Shown here in pieces: positions 9,280-19,563 of a DNA stretch of 64,000 nt (position 1 is the first letter of the stretch; each line of letters opens with the position of its first letter). Location of the stretch: the NCBI GenBank assembly GCA_027078745.1, contig JALWWO010000019.1:354596-418595 (forward strand), in the 5' to 3' direction. The notes under the pieces are model-generated. The model was not told the origin of the DNA. It saw only the letters and a program-made list of their open reading frames with translations, and did not search any database. A program made the translations under genes and the position numbers. Source of the DNA: Chromatiaceae bacterium (GTDB taxonomy: Bacteria > Pseudomonadota > Gammaproteobacteria > Chromatiales > Chromatiaceae).

Positions 9280-9762
9280 TTAACAATCCGCTCCGTTTTG
9301 CTGTTCTTCTTGTTCCATCACGCATTCGATCATGCGTTTGGCGATCACCATGCGGGTGACCACCCCCTGATAGGCTTCCCCCTCTAGGAGAAAGACATAG
9401 CTGCTGTTGTGCACTTCCATGAGGGCAAGGGCCTTGACGATGGAAGAGCGGGGGGAAACCGTGGGCATGTTTTCCAATCGGAAAGCTTCCACGGGGAGAG
9501 CGAGCATCTCCGCAACCTGGATCTCTGGAAGATCGAGATTATCCGTCTGATCTCCCAAGGCATCCGCCAACCGGAGCAGATGATCGGGTACAGCGATGCG
9601 TCGGTACACATCGCGGATGGAAATGCGCCCGATCAATCGGTCTTGCGCATCCACATAGGGCAATCCAGGCACATTGCGTCGGGCCGTCTCCAAGAAAAAA
9701 TCCCGCAGCGTGTTGCCGCGGCGCATCACAGCGGTGGGGATGGCGAGATGAGCGAGTTTCAT
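9280..9762 (-). CDS. CBS domain-containing protein
   Basis: About 160 aa with paired CBS-like motifs. The start is set at the internal Met (MKLAHLAIP...). Confidence 0.6.
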   Translation of the reverse strand: MKLAHLAIPTAVMRRGNTLRDFFLETARRNVPGLPYVDAQDRLIGRISIRDVYRRIAVPDHLLRLADALGDQTDNLDLPEIQVAEMLALPVEAFRLENMPTVSPRSSIVKALALMEVHNSSYVFLLEGEAYQGVVTRMVIAKRMIECVMEQEEQQNGADC

Positions 9763-10106
9763 AGGACTTCCAGATTTTCGAGAGGTAGATAGAAGAAGAC
9801 GAACCGTCCGTCCTCGATGTCGATCTTGAGTCGGGCGCCATGATGGATGCCATAGTCCACATAGCCAGGGAGGGCGCCATTCGCATGGCATTCGCTCGCA
9901 TGTTGGGGGGCTTCAAAATCCCGATCTCGGTCATACCAGGACAGCAGCATGACTGCCCCCAATGCCGCTTCTGCCGCCTGATTTGCCAACTGCAAGGCCG
10001 CCTGATAGTCCTTTAGGGGCGGTTTGGGATGAAGATGAAGGATCTGAAGCTGACTCTCATCCAAGGGCTTTTTCGGATTGGAACAGCTGGGCGGGGATTC
10101 GGACAT
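9759..10106 (-). CDS. Hypothetical protein
   Basis: About 115 aa ORF with no recognised family. It is packed tightly between the CBS protein gene and the sugar dehydrogenase gene. Confidence 0.4.
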   Translation of the reverse strand: MSESPPSCSNPKKPLDESQLQILHLHPKPPLKDYQAALQLANQAAEAALGAVMLLSWYDRDRDFEAPQHASECHANGALPGYVDYGIHHGARLKIDIEDGRFVFFYLPLENLEVL

Positions 10107-10116
10107 GGCGTTTTCC

Positions 10117-11397
10117 TCAGAGGCGGCCATCCACCGCATGGGCGGGCAACAGGGATTTCACGTCGAAGAGAATGGTTTCCGGATGACCCAGGGCGCGGAT
10201 CACCTTAGGGTCGAGCGCGGCAAATTCTCGATGGGCCACTGCCAAAATGATGGCCTCATAGCGATCTGGTTCCAAGCTGGGCAGCAGGGACAGACCATAG
10301 GTTTCCAGGGCTTCTTGGGGATCGGCCCAGGGATCGTAGACAGCCACTTCCATGCCGAAATCCCGCAATTCCTGGATCAGGGGGATCACCTGCGTGTTGC
10401 GCAGATCCGGGCAATTTTCCTTGAAGGTCAAGCCCAGGATCAGGGCTTTAGGATTTGGGGGCAGGGTCCGCTGTCGCTGCATCAACAGCTTGATCACCCG
10501 ATGCGCCACATAGGCGGCCATGCGGTCGTTGAGCCGCCGCCCCGCCAGAATGATTTCCGGATGATAGCCCAGGGCTTGGGCCTTATAGGTGAGATAATAG
10601 GGATCTACACCGATGCAGTGCCCGCCTACCAACCCGGGCCGGAAATGCAGGAAATTCCACTTGCTGCCCGCTGCTTCCAAGACTTCCTGCGTATCCAAGC
10701 CCAACTGCTCGAAAAGGATCGCCAATTCATTGATGAGGGCGATGTTCACATCTCGCTGGGTGTTCTCGATGACCTTGGCTGCCTCCGCTACCCGGATGCT
10801 GCTGGCCCGATGGGTGCCCGCAGGGATAATGCTGCGGTAGAGCTGATCCACTAGCTCGGCAGTTTCCGGCGTGGAACCAGCGGTCACCTTTTTGATCGTG
10901 CTCAGGCGATGCGCTCGATCCCCCGGATTGATGCGCTCTGGACTGTAGCCCAGGAAGAAATCTCGATTGAAGGTCAGACCGGAAATCTCTTCCAACAGGG
11001 GCGCGCAGATCTCTTCGGTAGCCCCGGGATAGACGGTGGATTCATAGATCACCAGGTCCCCGGGTTTGAGCACCTGACCCAAGGTGCGCGTGGCCCGGCG
11101 CAGGGGTCCCAGATCCGGTTGCCGGTGGGCATCGATGGGGGTAGGCACGGTAACAATGTACAGATCGCAGCGGGCCAGGGCGTCCGGCGCTGTGGTCAGT
11201 GCTAAGGTGCCCGCCACCCGTTTCAGGGCCTCTGAACTGACCTCTCGGGAGCGATCGATGCCCGCCCGCAACTCCGCGATGCGGTTTGCATCGATGTCAA
11301 AACCCAAGGTGGCATAGCGCTCGGCGAGGGCGACGGCCAGGGGCAAGCCCACATAACCCAGTCCGATCACCCCGATGGTTCGAGCTTCCAGCTCCAT
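10117..11397 (-). CDS. Nucleotide-sugar dehydrogenase (UDP-N-acetyl-D-aminosugar dehydrogenase, TviB/WbpO/Cap5O-like)
   Basis: 426 aa. An N-terminal GxGxxG motif ([15 protein letters not shown]) and a catalytic Cys region ([12 protein letters not shown]) mark the UDP-glucose/GDP-mannose dehydrogenase family. Confidence 0.85.
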   Translation of the reverse strand: MELEARTIGVIGLGYVGLPLAVALAERYATLGFDIDANRIAELRAGIDRSREVSSEALKRVAGTLALTTAPDALARCDLYIVTVPTPIDAHRQPDLGPLRRATRTLGQVLKPGDLVIYESTVYPGATEEICAPLLEEISGLTFNRDFFLGYSPERINPGDRAHRLSTIKKVTAGSTPETAELVDQLYRSIIPAGTHRASSIRVAEAAKVIENTQRDVNIALINELAILFEQLGLDTQEVLEAAGSKWNFLHFRPGLVGGHCIGVDPYYLTYKAQALGYHPEIILAGRRLNDRMAAYVAHRVIKLLMQRQRTLPPNPKALILGLTFKENCPDLRNTQVIPLIQELRDFGMEVAVYDPWADPQEALETYGLSLLPSLEPDRYEAIILAVAHREFAALDPKVIRALGHPETILFDVKSLLPAHAVDGRL

Positions 11398-11413
11398 GCC
11401 GCCGATGCACTGC

Positions 11414-11803
11414 TCAGGGCAGGCGCACCCAGGGGGCAGGTTCCCAACCTGCGGCCCGATGCTCTGCGATCACTGTGGTATAAATGCCCCCCCGCACATT
11501 GAAATCTGCCTGCAAGCGCAGAAACCGAGGGGCCAGGGCGGCCACGAGATCTTCCAGGATCTCGTTGGTCACTGCTTCGTGAAAGGCCCCCTGATTTCGG
11601 AACGACCAGATGTAATTCTTCAGGGATTTCAGTTCCACGCACTTGGCTTCCGGCACATAAGTCAGATGCAGTTCAGCGAAATCCGGCTGTCCGGTCTTGG
11701 GGCAAAGGCAGGTGAATTCCGGAATGCGGATGCGGATCTGATAATCCCGCTGAGGGGTGGGATTGGGGAAAGTCTCTAACTGTTTGCTGGGTTTGCTGGG
11801 CAT
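11414..11803 (-). CDS. queF: NADPH-dependent 7-cyano-7-deazaguanine reductase
   Basis: 129 aa type-I QueF with the conserved Cys and E(S/L)K(S/A)hK(L/Y)(Y/F/W) motifs (CPKTGQPDF...ELKSLKNY). Confidence 0.9.
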   Translation of the reverse strand: MPSKPSKQLETFPNPTPQRDYQIRIRIPEFTCLCPKTGQPDFAELHLTYVPEAKCVELKSLKNYIWSFRNQGAFHEAVTNEILEDLVAALAPRFLRLQADFNVRGGIYTTVIAEHRAAGWEPAPWVRLP

Positions 11804-13013
11804 GACAATGAAACTGGGTATCGATCGGCTACTAGAAAACAGGGCACTGCAGCGAAAGCTGCGGGGGCGACGGGTGGCGCTCTTGGGTCATGCGGCTTCC
11901 GTGACCCGCACGGGCGTGCACAGCTTGGATGCCCTCATGGCCGCCGGTCTGGGAATCAGCGCCGCCTTTGGCCCTCAGCACGGGATGCGCGGCGATAAAC
12001 AGGATAACATGATCGAATCGCCGGACTACGAAGATCCCCAGCATCGTATTCCCGTCTTCAGCCTGTACGGCAAGGTACGCTATCCCACCCAAGAGATGCT
12101 CGATGCCTTCGATGTGCTCCTGGTGGATCTCCAGGACATCGGCACCCGTATCTACACCTATGTGACCACCCTGGCCTATCTCTTGGAGGCCTGCGCCCGA
12201 GCCGGCAAGGCAGTCTGGATCCTGGACCGACCCAATCCCGCCGGGCGCACCCTCGAGGGGAGTTTTCTGCAGCCGGGCTGGGAAAGCTTCGTGGGGGCTG
12301 CCCCCCTGCCCATGCGCCACGGGCTGACTCTGGGCGAGCTCAGCCGCTGGCTCGTGGCGGAAAAAGGTTGGGATCTCTCTTTGGAAGTGGTGCAGATGGA
12401 GGGCTATGCGCCTCGTCAAGGCCCGGGCTACGGCTGGCCCCTGCACGAACTGCCCTGGGTCAATCCCAGCCCCAATGCTTCAAGCCTCAACATGGCCCGT
12501 TGTTTTCCGGGCACCGTGCTCTTCGAGGGTACCCATCTGTCCGAAGGTCGGGGCACCACCACACCCTTAGAGGTCATCGGCGCGCCGGATCTGGATTTTA
12601 TGCGCCTCTTGACACGTATGACCCAGCTCGCCCCCGAATGGCTCACAGGCGTCCGGCTTCGCCCTTGCTACTTCGAACCGACCTTTCACAAACATGCGGG
12701 GAAACTCTGTAGGGGGATGCAACTGCACACAGACTATCAGGGCTACGAACCCGAACGCTTCCGCCCCTACCGACTCGCCGCCCTGCTGCTCAAATCGATC
12801 CGGTTGGAATATCCAGCGTATGGAATCTGGCGGAAGTTTCCCTATGAATATGAGACCGAACGATTGGCCATCGATCTATTGGCCGGCGGCCCGGCCCTGC
12901 GGGACTGGGTGGAAGATCCCGCGGCCGAGCCCGGGGATCTGGAAGCCCTGCTGCGACCGGATGAACAAACCTGGGAGATCCAGCGCCAGCCCTTTCTGTG
13001 CTATGGCCCATGA
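11802..13013 (+). CDS. DUF1343 family protein (YzbB/NamZ-like exo-beta-N-acetylmuramidase)
   Basis: About 400 aa with conserved DUF1343 blocks (LLGHAASV..., [16 protein letters not shown]). The start is uncertain because the ORF overlaps the queF start. Confidence 0.65.
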   Translation: MTMKLGIDRLLENRALQRKLRGRRVALLGHAASVTRTGVHSLDALMAAGLGISAAFGPQHGMRGDKQDNMIESPDYEDPQHRIPVFSLYGKVRYPTQEMLDAFDVLLVDLQDIGTRIYTYVTTLAYLLEACARAGKAVWILDRPNPAGRTLEGSFLQPGWESFVGAAPLPMRHGLTLGELSRWLVAEKGWDLSLEVVQMEGYAPRQGPGYGWPLHELPWVNPSPNASSLNMARCFPGTVLFEGTHLSEGRGTTTPLEVIGAPDLDFMRLLTRMTQLAPEWLTGVRLRPCYFEPTFHKHAGKLCRGMQLHTDYQGYEPERFRPYRLAALLLKSIRLEYPAYGIWRKFPYEYETERLAIDLLAGGPALRDWVEDPAAEPGDLEALLRPDEQTWEIQRQPFLCYGP

Positions 13014-13031
13014 GGGCGCAGGGCAGAAGGC

Positions 13032-14810
13032 TCAGGGACGCAGCCGGATATGCAGGGCGAGTTCGTTGAGCTGGGTTTCATCCACCGGTGCAGGCGCGTC
13101 GGTGAGGGGGCAAGCGGCGGTCTGGGTCTTCGGAAAGGCGATCACATCCCGAATGGAGGAAGCGCCGGTCAACAGCATGACCAACCGATCCAGGCCGAAG
13201 GCGATGCCCCCGTGGGGGGGGCAGCCGTATCTGAGGGCGCGCAGCAGGAAGCCGAAGCGGTCTTCCGCCTGTTCCTCGCTGATCTCCAGCAATCGAAAGA
13301 TCTTCCGCTGCACTTCTTCCCGATGAATACGGATGGAACCGCCGCCGATCTCTGTACCGTTGAGGACCATGTCATAGGCCCGGGACAGGCAGGCGCTGGG
13401 ATCTTCGTCCAACCGTGCGATATGGGCTTCCTTCGGGGCGGTGAAGGGATGGTGCAGGGCGGTCCAGCGTCCTGAATGAGGTTCCCGCTCGAATAGGGGA
13501 AAGTCCACGACCCACAGGGGCTGCCAACCCTCAGTCAGGATGCCCCGATCCTGACCGAGCTTCACCCGCAGCGCCCCCATGGCTTCGTTCACCACGGAAG
13601 CTTGGTCCGCACCGAAGAAGATCAGATCCCCATCTTCCGCCTGGGTGCGCGCCATGAGACCGGCCACCGCTGCATCGGGTAGGAATTTGAGGATCGGCGA
13701 TTGCAGGCCTTCCCGCCCCTGAGTAGACCAGGCGTTGACTTTGATATAGGCGAGCCCCTTTGCCCCGTAGAGGCCCACGAACTGGGTGTAGCCGTCGATC
13801 TCCTTGCGGGTCAGGGTGCCGCCCTGGGGCAGTCGCAGGGCCACCACCCGCCCTGCTGGATCCCGGGCCGGCCCGGAGAACACCTTGAATTCCACCTCCG
13901 CCATGAGGTCCGCGATATCCACGAGTTCCAGGGGAATTCGCAGGTCTGGCCGGTCAGTTCCATAGCGGCGCAGGGCCTCCGCATAGGAAAGGCGGGGGAA
14001 GGGATCGGGCAGCTCGACTTCTAGAATTGTTCGGAAGAGCTGCCGGATCATGGCTTCCATGAGCCCCATGAAGGGTTCCTCTTGGAGAAAGGAAGCCTCG
14101 ATATCCAATTGGGTGAATTCGGGCTGGCGATCCGCCCGCAGATCTTCATCCCGGAAGCAGCGGGCGATCTGATAATAGCGATCCATGCCGCCCATCATGA
14201 GCAGCTGCTTGAAGAGCTGGGGGGATTGGGGCAGGGCGAAGAATTGCCCGGGATAGGTGCGGCTGGGCACCAGGTAATCCCGGGCCCCTTCTGGCGTGGA
14301 TTTGGTCAGGATGGGAGTTTCCATCTCCAGAAACCCCTGGGCGTCCAGAAAACTGCGCAGGCATTGCACGATCTTGCCTCGGGTGCGCAACCGGCGCTGC
14401 ATCTCGGCCCGGCGCAAGTCTAAATACCGGTAGCGCAGGCGGATTTCTTCCGAAGCCGGATGGCTGTGTTCCTCTAACTGGATGGGGGGTGGTTCGGAAC
14501 GGTTGAGAATTTCGAGGGATTGCCCTAACACCTCGATGGCACCGGTGCGCAGATCGGGATTTTCTGTGCCCGCGGGCCGAATCCGCACCCGCCCCCGCAC
14601 GGCGAGCACATATTCGCTGCGCACTTGCTCCGCTAATCGGAAAGTATCCGGCACATCGGGATCGAAGACCACCTGCACCAGACCTTGATGATCGCGCAGA
14701 TCGATGAAGATCACGCCGCCGTGATCCCGCCTGCGGTGAGCCCAGCCACAGAGCGAAACTTCTTCCCCTACATGGCTCGTGTTCAGCTCTCCACAATAAT
14801 GACTGCGCAT
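13032..14810 (-). CDS. aspS: Aspartate--tRNA ligase
   Basis: 592 aa. The N-terminal anticodon-binding OB fold (MRSHYCGEL...) and class II catalytic motifs are present. Confidence 0.95.
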   Translation of the reverse strand: MRSHYCGELNTSHVGEEVSLCGWAHRRRDHGGVIFIDLRDHQGLVQVVFDPDVPDTFRLAEQVRSEYVLAVRGRVRIRPAGTENPDLRTGAIEVLGQSLEILNRSEPPPIQLEEHSHPASEEIRLRYRYLDLRRAEMQRRLRTRGKIVQCLRSFLDAQGFLEMETPILTKSTPEGARDYLVPSRTYPGQFFALPQSPQLFKQLLMMGGMDRYYQIARCFRDEDLRADRQPEFTQLDIEASFLQEEPFMGLMEAMIRQLFRTILEVELPDPFPRLSYAEALRRYGTDRPDLRIPLELVDIADLMAEVEFKVFSGPARDPAGRVVALRLPQGGTLTRKEIDGYTQFVGLYGAKGLAYIKVNAWSTQGREGLQSPILKFLPDAAVAGLMARTQAEDGDLIFFGADQASVVNEAMGALRVKLGQDRGILTEGWQPLWVVDFPLFEREPHSGRWTALHHPFTAPKEAHIARLDEDPSACLSRAYDMVLNGTEIGGGSIRIHREEVQRKIFRLLEISEEQAEDRFGFLLRALRYGCPPHGGIAFGLDRLVMLLTGASSIRDVIAFPKTQTAACPLTDAPAPVDETQLNELALHIRLRP

Positions 14811-14883
14811 CAGTTCGCCCTTTATCCTCAGCTCACAAACTCTCGAACAATACCCAGCTTAGGCGGGAAGTGCAAGCAGTAGG

Positions 14884-15189
14884 CTAGGATTCCGCCGGCT
14901 GCGCTTTCTTCTGGGCAGTCTGGCTCGGGGCAGCGGTTTTCTTTTCGCCCTCTGTGGGGTTTTTTTCTTTCGGGGCGTCGCCGCTGTCGTGAAGATTCTT
15001 CCGGTTCCCTTGCTTGAAATCCGTCTCATACCAACCGTTCCCCTTGAGCCGGAACCCCACGGGAGAAATCAGCTTTTTGAGCGCGGGCGCGTGGCACGCC
15101 GGACAGATCTCCCGAGGCGGATCGCTGATCTTCTGCAAGACCTCTAATTCATGGCCACACTGAGCACAGCGATATTCGTAGATAGGCAT
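14884..15189 (-). CDS. FmdB-family zinc-ribbon protein
   Basis: The N-terminus (MPIYEYRCAQCGHELE...CPACH) is the FmdB/CxxC zinc-ribbon family. The start is taken at the internal Met. Confidence 0.75.
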   Translation of the reverse strand: MPIYEYRCAQCGHELEVLQKISDPPREICPACHAPALKKLISPVGFRLKGNGWYETDFKQGNRKNLHDSGDAPKEKNPTEGEKKTAAPSQTAQKKAQPAES

Positions 15190-15263
15190 GATAGGCTCTC
15201 CGAAACGCTTGAACCGCTCCCCATATAGGGGCAATGGAATTTCCAGCAAGTGGAAGCGGCGCC

Positions 15264-15623
15264 ATGAATACAGAATCCCCCTACCAAACCAGCACCTTGG
15301 AGCTTGCGATCCAGCGCACCCGACTGGCGGAGGAGCGCACCTATAACGCTTGGCTGCGCACGGGTATGACCACCATGGGCTTTGGCTTAGCTCTCGCTAA
15401 ATTCTTCACCGATGTGGAGCCCCTGTGGCTGCTCCAGCTCCTCGCCGTCTCCTTTGTCCTGGGTGGGGGAATCACTGTGCTCCTCGCCTTCTACACCCAT
15501 TATCAGCGCTGCAAGGAATACGGGGCGATCAACGCCATTCACACGCCGATTTGGGTTTCCGGCGGTTTAAGTATCCTCCTCATCCTGATCACCGCCTTGG
15601 TGCTGACCCTGGTCTTGATCTAG
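15264..15623 (+). CDS. DUF202 (YidH-like) membrane protein
   Basis: ERTxLAW(L/I)RTG motif (LAEERTYNAWLRTG) followed by two or three TM helices. Confidence 0.7.
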   Translation: MNTESPYQTSTLELAIQRTRLAEERTYNAWLRTGMTTMGFGLALAKFFTDVEPLWLLQLLAVSFVLGGGITVLLAFYTHYQRCKEYGAINAIHTPIWVSGGLSILLILITALVLTLVLI

Positions 15624-15646
15624 CCCCCGTTGCCGGGGGCGAAGGC

Positions 15647-15979
15647 TCATTTCTCCTTCGTGGTCGCCGGTGCTGAGAGCTGAGGCAACCAGAGCGGAGG
15701 CACATAGGCATAGGGAGGAATCAGACCATAGGGATAGCCCCAGAGATAGGGCGCATAGGGCGGCCAATAATAGGGTCCATACCAAGGGTCATACCAGGGA
15801 TTAACCCAGTAGCCCGGGCCCCACCAGCCCGGGCCCCCCCAGCCATGCCAACCGCCGCCGAAGCCGAAGCTAAAGCCAAATCCCCAGTCGAAAAAGCCGA
15901 AGAATGCTTTGGACTGCACGGGAATCGCGAGGAGCAACGCGCCGAACAGGGCGCTGATCCAGGGCGCAGGCTTTCTCAT
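15647..15979 (-). CDS. Secreted Gly/Trp/Tyr/Pro-rich low-complexity protein (sulfur-globule-protein-like)
   Basis: Signal peptide (ALFGALLLAIPVQSKA-F). The mature part is made almost entirely of G, W, Y, P and F repeats (GFGFSFGFGGGWHGWGGPGWWGPGYW...PYYWPPYAPYLWGYPYG). Confidence 0.7.
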   Translation of the reverse strand: MRKPAPWISALFGALLLAIPVQSKAFFGFFDWGFGFSFGFGGGWHGWGGPGWWGPGYWVNPWYDPWYGPYYWPPYAPYLWGYPYGLIPPYAYVPPLWLPQLSAPATTKEK

Positions 15980-16024
15980 GATGCACCTCCTGAAAGGACT
16001 GCCTCGGGAACATCTCCCTTAATC

Positions 16025-16042
16025 AGTATTTTAGCAAATACT
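16025..16042. promoter_or_regulatory. AT-rich 7-4-7 inverted repeat in the divergent promoter region between the G/W/Y-rich protein gene and frdC
   Basis: AGTATTT-TAGC-AAATACT is a perfect palindrome. It lies in a roughly 160 bp divergent intergenic region that is otherwise GC-rich. Confidence 0.4.
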
Positions 16043-16139
16043 CAATAAATCGCAGAGAAAGCCACCCTAACCCCCAGCGGTTGCCGTCTCGAGAAAAACC
16101 GCTACCATGAGTTGCGGTATCTAGCACCGGACAATCTCC

Positions 16140-16868
16140 ATGAAACCGCTGATTGCTTCCCCTTGGTCTGCACGATTCGATCTGCTGCAAAGTCTGAGCG
16201 GTCTGTTCCTCGCCCTCTTCATGTGGCTGCACATGGCCTTCGTTTCCTCGATCCTCTGGGGTGAGAAAGCTTTCTGGACGGTGGCGCGCTTCTTCGAGGG
16301 CTATTTCTTCTTCGGCCGCTCCTTGCCTTGGTTGGTCTCTCTGTTCGTCGCCTGCATTGCCGCCCTGATCGCAGTTCATGCCCTGTTAGCGCTCCGAAAA
16401 TTTCCCGCCAGCTGGCAACAGTACCGCGCCTTTTGGGAGCACAGGCAGCGCCTGGCCCATCTGGACACCAACTTATGGCCCCTGCAAGTGGCCACCGGCT
16501 TTCTCATGTTCTTCCTCGCCTCTGTTCATCTCTACGATCTATTCATCGCACCGGAACAGATCGGTCCCTACGGCTCTGCGGATTTGGTCTGGACCGGCCG
16601 CACCTGGCCCTTGCTGTTACTGCTGCTTTTCTGCGTGGAAGTGCACGGCCTGATCGGGCTCTACCGCCTGGCCCTGAAATGGGGCTGGCCGAGTTTCGGC
16701 GATCCCCAGCGCACCCGCCGCATCCTGCGCCGGCTCCTCTGGGTTCTGCTCGTCTTCTTCCTCGCGATGGGCTTGCTAACCCTGGGTACCTTTATTTCCC
16801 TGGGCATCGAACACGCGCCGAGGGCAGGGGAACCCTATGTACCCAGCGGGATGCAGGAGGCTTTATGA
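16140..16868 (+). CDS. frdC: Quinol:fumarate reductase / succinate dehydrogenase dihaem cytochrome b membrane subunit (type B, FrdC/SdhC)
   Basis: 242 aa with five TM helices and conserved His residues. It is the first gene of a C-A-B operon. Confidence 0.8.
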   Translation: MKPLIASPWSARFDLLQSLSGLFLALFMWLHMAFVSSILWGEKAFWTVARFFEGYFFFGRSLPWLVSLFVACIAALIAVHALLALRKFPASWQQYRAFWEHRQRLAHLDTNLWPLQVATGFLMFFLASVHLYDLFIAPEQIGPYGSADLVWTGRTWPLLLLLLFCVEVHGLIGLYRLALKWGWPSFGDPQRTRRILRRLLWVLLVFFLAMGLLTLGTFISLGIEHAPRAGEPYVPSGMQEAL

Positions 16869-18835
16869 AACTCCTCTATACCGATGTGTTGATCATCGGC
16901 GGTGGGCTGGCAGGATTGCGCACCGCCATCGGGGTGAAGCGGCGGGGGCTGGATCCCCTCATCCTCTCCCTGGTGCCCCCCAAGCGCTCCCATTCCGTGG
17001 CCGCCCAGGGCGGCATGCAGGCGAGCTTGGGAAACTGTGCCAAGAGCGAAGGGGATAACGAGGACATTCACTTTGCGGACACCGTGCGGGGCAGCGATTG
17101 GGGCTGCGATCAGCTCGTGGCCCGAATGTTCACCCATATGGCGCCGAAAGCGGTGCGGGAGCTGGCCGCCTGGGGGGTACCCTGGAGCCGCGTTCGTGCG
17201 GGCGTTCATGAAGCGGTGATTCACGGGGAGCGGGTCAGGATTCAAGCCTTGGAAGGTGCCCAAGGGCTCATCACCGCCCGAGACTTCGGGGGCACGAAGA
17301 AGTGGCGCACCTGCTACACCGCCGACGGCACCGGCCACGCCATGCTCTACACCCTGGGCGATCGGGCCGTCGCGGAATCCATTCCGGTGCACGACCGTCG
17401 GGAAGCCCTGGCCCTGATCCACGAGGGCGAGCGCTGTCAAGGGGCCATCGTGCGCAACCTCATGACCGGCGAACTGAGCGCCTATTTAGCCCGAGCCACG
17501 GTGATCGCCACCGGCGGCTATGGGCATCTCTATGCGGTATCCACCAACGCCATCATCAACGAAGGTTTGGGCCAGGCCATCGCCCTGGAAACCGGCGTAG
17601 CCCAGCTCGGCAATCTGGAAGCGGTGCAATTCCATCCCACTGCCATCGTGCCCGCAGGCATCTTGGTCACCGAGGGTTGCCGAGGCGATGGAGGCGTGCT
17701 GCGGGATGTGGATGGCTATCGATTCATGCCGGATTACGAGCCGGAAAAAGCGGAGCTCGCCTCCCGAGATGTGGTTTCCCGCCGCATGGTGGAGCACATG
17801 CGCAAGGGCAAGGGGGTCAAGGGCCGGTTTGGGGAACATCTCTGGCTGGACATCACGGTCTTGGGCCGGGCCCATATCGAAAAGCATCTGCGAGAGGTCA
17901 AGGAGATCTGCCAGTACTTCCTGGGCATCGATCCCGCTGTGGACTATATCCCCGTGCGGCCTACCCAGCACTATTCCATGGGGGGGATCCGCACGGATTA
18001 CCGCGGGGAAAGCCCGACGCTGCGGGGGCTGTTCGCCTGCGGGGAAGCGGCCTGCTGGGATCTCCATGGCTTCAACCGGCTGGGGGGCAACTCGGTGGCG
18101 GAAACTGTGGTTTCCGGCATGTTGGTCTCAGAATATGTGGCGGACTTCTGCACCTCACCCGAAGGGGACATTCAGTTGTCCAGCGCCCTGGCCCGGGAAT
18201 TCCTGCAGCGAGAGCAAGCGAAGCTGTCCCGGCTGCTGGCAGCGACGGGCGAGGAAAATCCCGTAGCCCTGCGCCAACAGATGGAGCACATCATGATGGA
18301 ACGGGTGGGCCTGTTCCGCAACGGCGCCGAGCTGCAAACCGCCGTGGATGAACTGCGCATCCTGTTGCAGCGTGCGGAAAATCTGGGCCTGCGCAGTCGA
18401 CAGCCTGCCGCTAACCCCGAACTAGTCCTGGCCTACCGTCTGCCGAAGATGCTTAAGATTGCCCTGGGGGTTGCTCTGGGCGCCCTGGCTCGCACCGAAA
18501 GCCGAGGGGCCCATTTCCGAGAGGATTACCCGGAACGCAACGATCGGGACTGGCTCAAGCGCACCCTCTACCGCTGGCCCGAATCGGGCGAACCCCAACT
18601 GGACTATGAACCCCTGGATGTGAAACAGATGGAGCTGCCCCCGGGCTTTCGGGGCTATGGCACGAAGAACATTGTGGAACATCCGGACACGAAGGCGCGC
18701 CAAGCGGAAGTGGCGCAGGCGCAGCAGCGCGCCCCAGATCGCTTCGCCCTGCAAGAACAGCTGATGCCCTTCCGCCACCTGCTGCCGGAGCGCTACCGCA
18801 AGCCCAACGAACGCCTTCATGAGCCCTTGCCATGA
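16865..18835 (+). CDS. frdA: Fumarate reductase / succinate dehydrogenase flavoprotein subunit
   Basis: The FAD-binding N-terminus (DVLIIGGGLAGLRTA) and the covalent-FAD region (RSHSVAAQGG) are present. Its ATG overlaps the frdC stop codon (ATGA). Confidence 0.9.
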   Translation: MKLLYTDVLIIGGGLAGLRTAIGVKRRGLDPLILSLVPPKRSHSVAAQGGMQASLGNCAKSEGDNEDIHFADTVRGSDWGCDQLVARMFTHMAPKAVRELAAWGVPWSRVRAGVHEAVIHGERVRIQALEGAQGLITARDFGGTKKWRTCYTADGTGHAMLYTLGDRAVAESIPVHDRREALALIHEGERCQGAIVRNLMTGELSAYLARATVIATGGYGHLYAVSTNAIINEGLGQAIALETGVAQLGNLEAVQFHPTAIVPAGILVTEGCRGDGGVLRDVDGYRFMPDYEPEKAELASRDVVSRRMVEHMRKGKGVKGRFGEHLWLDITVLGRAHIEKHLREVKEICQYFLGIDPAVDYIPVRPTQHYSMGGIRTDYRGESPTLRGLFACGEAACWDLHGFNRLGGNSVAETVVSGMLVSEYVADFCTSPEGDIQLSSALAREFLQREQAKLSRLLAATGEENPVALRQQMEHIMMERVGLFRNGAELQTAVDELRILLQRAENLGLRSRQPAANPELVLAYRLPKMLKIALGVALGALARTESRGAHFREDYPERNDRDWLKRTLYRWPESGEPQLDYEPLDVKQMELPPGFRGYGTKNIVEHPDTKARQAEVAQAQQRAPDRFALQEQLMPFRHLLPERYRKPNERLHEPLP

Positions 18836-19560
18836 ACCGCACCCTGCGATTTCAGATCTTCCGCCATCATCCCTTGGATCCCCAGAGCCAGCCCCGTCTG
18901 GAAACCTATCGGCTGGAGGAATCCCCGGGGATGACCCTGTTCATCGCCTTAAACCTGATCCGAGCGGAACAAGCGCCCGACTTGAATTTTGATTTTGTCT
19001 GTCGGGCGGGGGTCTGCGGGAGCTGTGCCATGCTCATCAATGGCCGCCCCGGACTGGCCTGCCGGACCCTCACTGCTTCCTTGCCGGAAACCATCACCCT
19101 GCTCCCTCTGCCGAACTTCGAGCTGATCGCGGATCTGTCCGTGAACACGGGGAAATGGATGCGCGCCCTGAGCGAACGCTTGGAAACCTGGGTGCACCTG
19201 AACGAGGAACCGGACATTGACCGGCTGGAAGCGCCCATGGATGCAGATCTCGCGGAACAGATTTATGAACTGGACCGCTGCATCGAATGCGGCTGTTGCT
19301 TGGCGGCCTGTGGCACAGCTCAGATGCGAAAGGACTTCGTCGGGGCGGTGGGCATTCACAAGATCGCTCGCTTTCGGGCTGATCCCCGCGACTGCCGGGA
19401 TGATGCCGCTTATTATGAGGTGATCGGAGACGAAGACGGCGTGTTCGGCTGCATGTCCCTGCTGGGTTGCCAGGATTTCTGCCCTAAAAATCTGTCCTTG
19501 CAAACCCAGATCGCTTTCATCCGCCGCAAGCTAGCCCGCCAGGGCTGGAAAAAAACCTGA
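18832..19560 (+). CDS. frdB: Fumarate reductase / succinate dehydrogenase iron-sulfur subunit
   Basis: It has a 2Fe-2S site (CRAGVCGSCAM) and 4Fe-4S/3Fe-4S cysteine clusters (CIECGCCLAAC; CQDFCPK). It overlaps the frdA stop codon. Confidence 0.9.
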   Translation: MNRTLRFQIFRHHPLDPQSQPRLETYRLEESPGMTLFIALNLIRAEQAPDLNFDFVCRAGVCGSCAMLINGRPGLACRTLTASLPETITLLPLPNFELIADLSVNTGKWMRALSERLETWVHLNEEPDIDRLEAPMDADLAEQIYELDRCIECGCCLAACGTAQMRKDFVGAVGIHKIARFRADPRDCRDDAAYYEVIGDEDGVFGCMSLLGCQDFCPKNLSLQTQIAFIRRKLARQGWKKT

Positions 19561-19563
19561 GCC

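Noticed and set aside
17302-18351. 349-aa ORF in an alternative + frame inside frdA, and other long antisense ORFs (8573-9325, 8680-9387, 10078-10854, 20050-20814, 36459-37163, 38426-39490, 59360-60058, 60071-60877)
   Set aside because: All lie wholly within or antisense to strongly supported conserved genes. They have Arg/Gly/Pro/His-rich low-complexity translations, the signature of GC-rich non-coding frames.
16328-18835. 835-aa ORF reading through the end of frdC into frdA
   Set aside because: The N-terminal 180 aa are out of frame relative to frdC and are low-complexity. The genuine flavoprotein starts at the ATG at 16865 (MKLLYTDVLIIGGG), overlapping the frdC stop codon.
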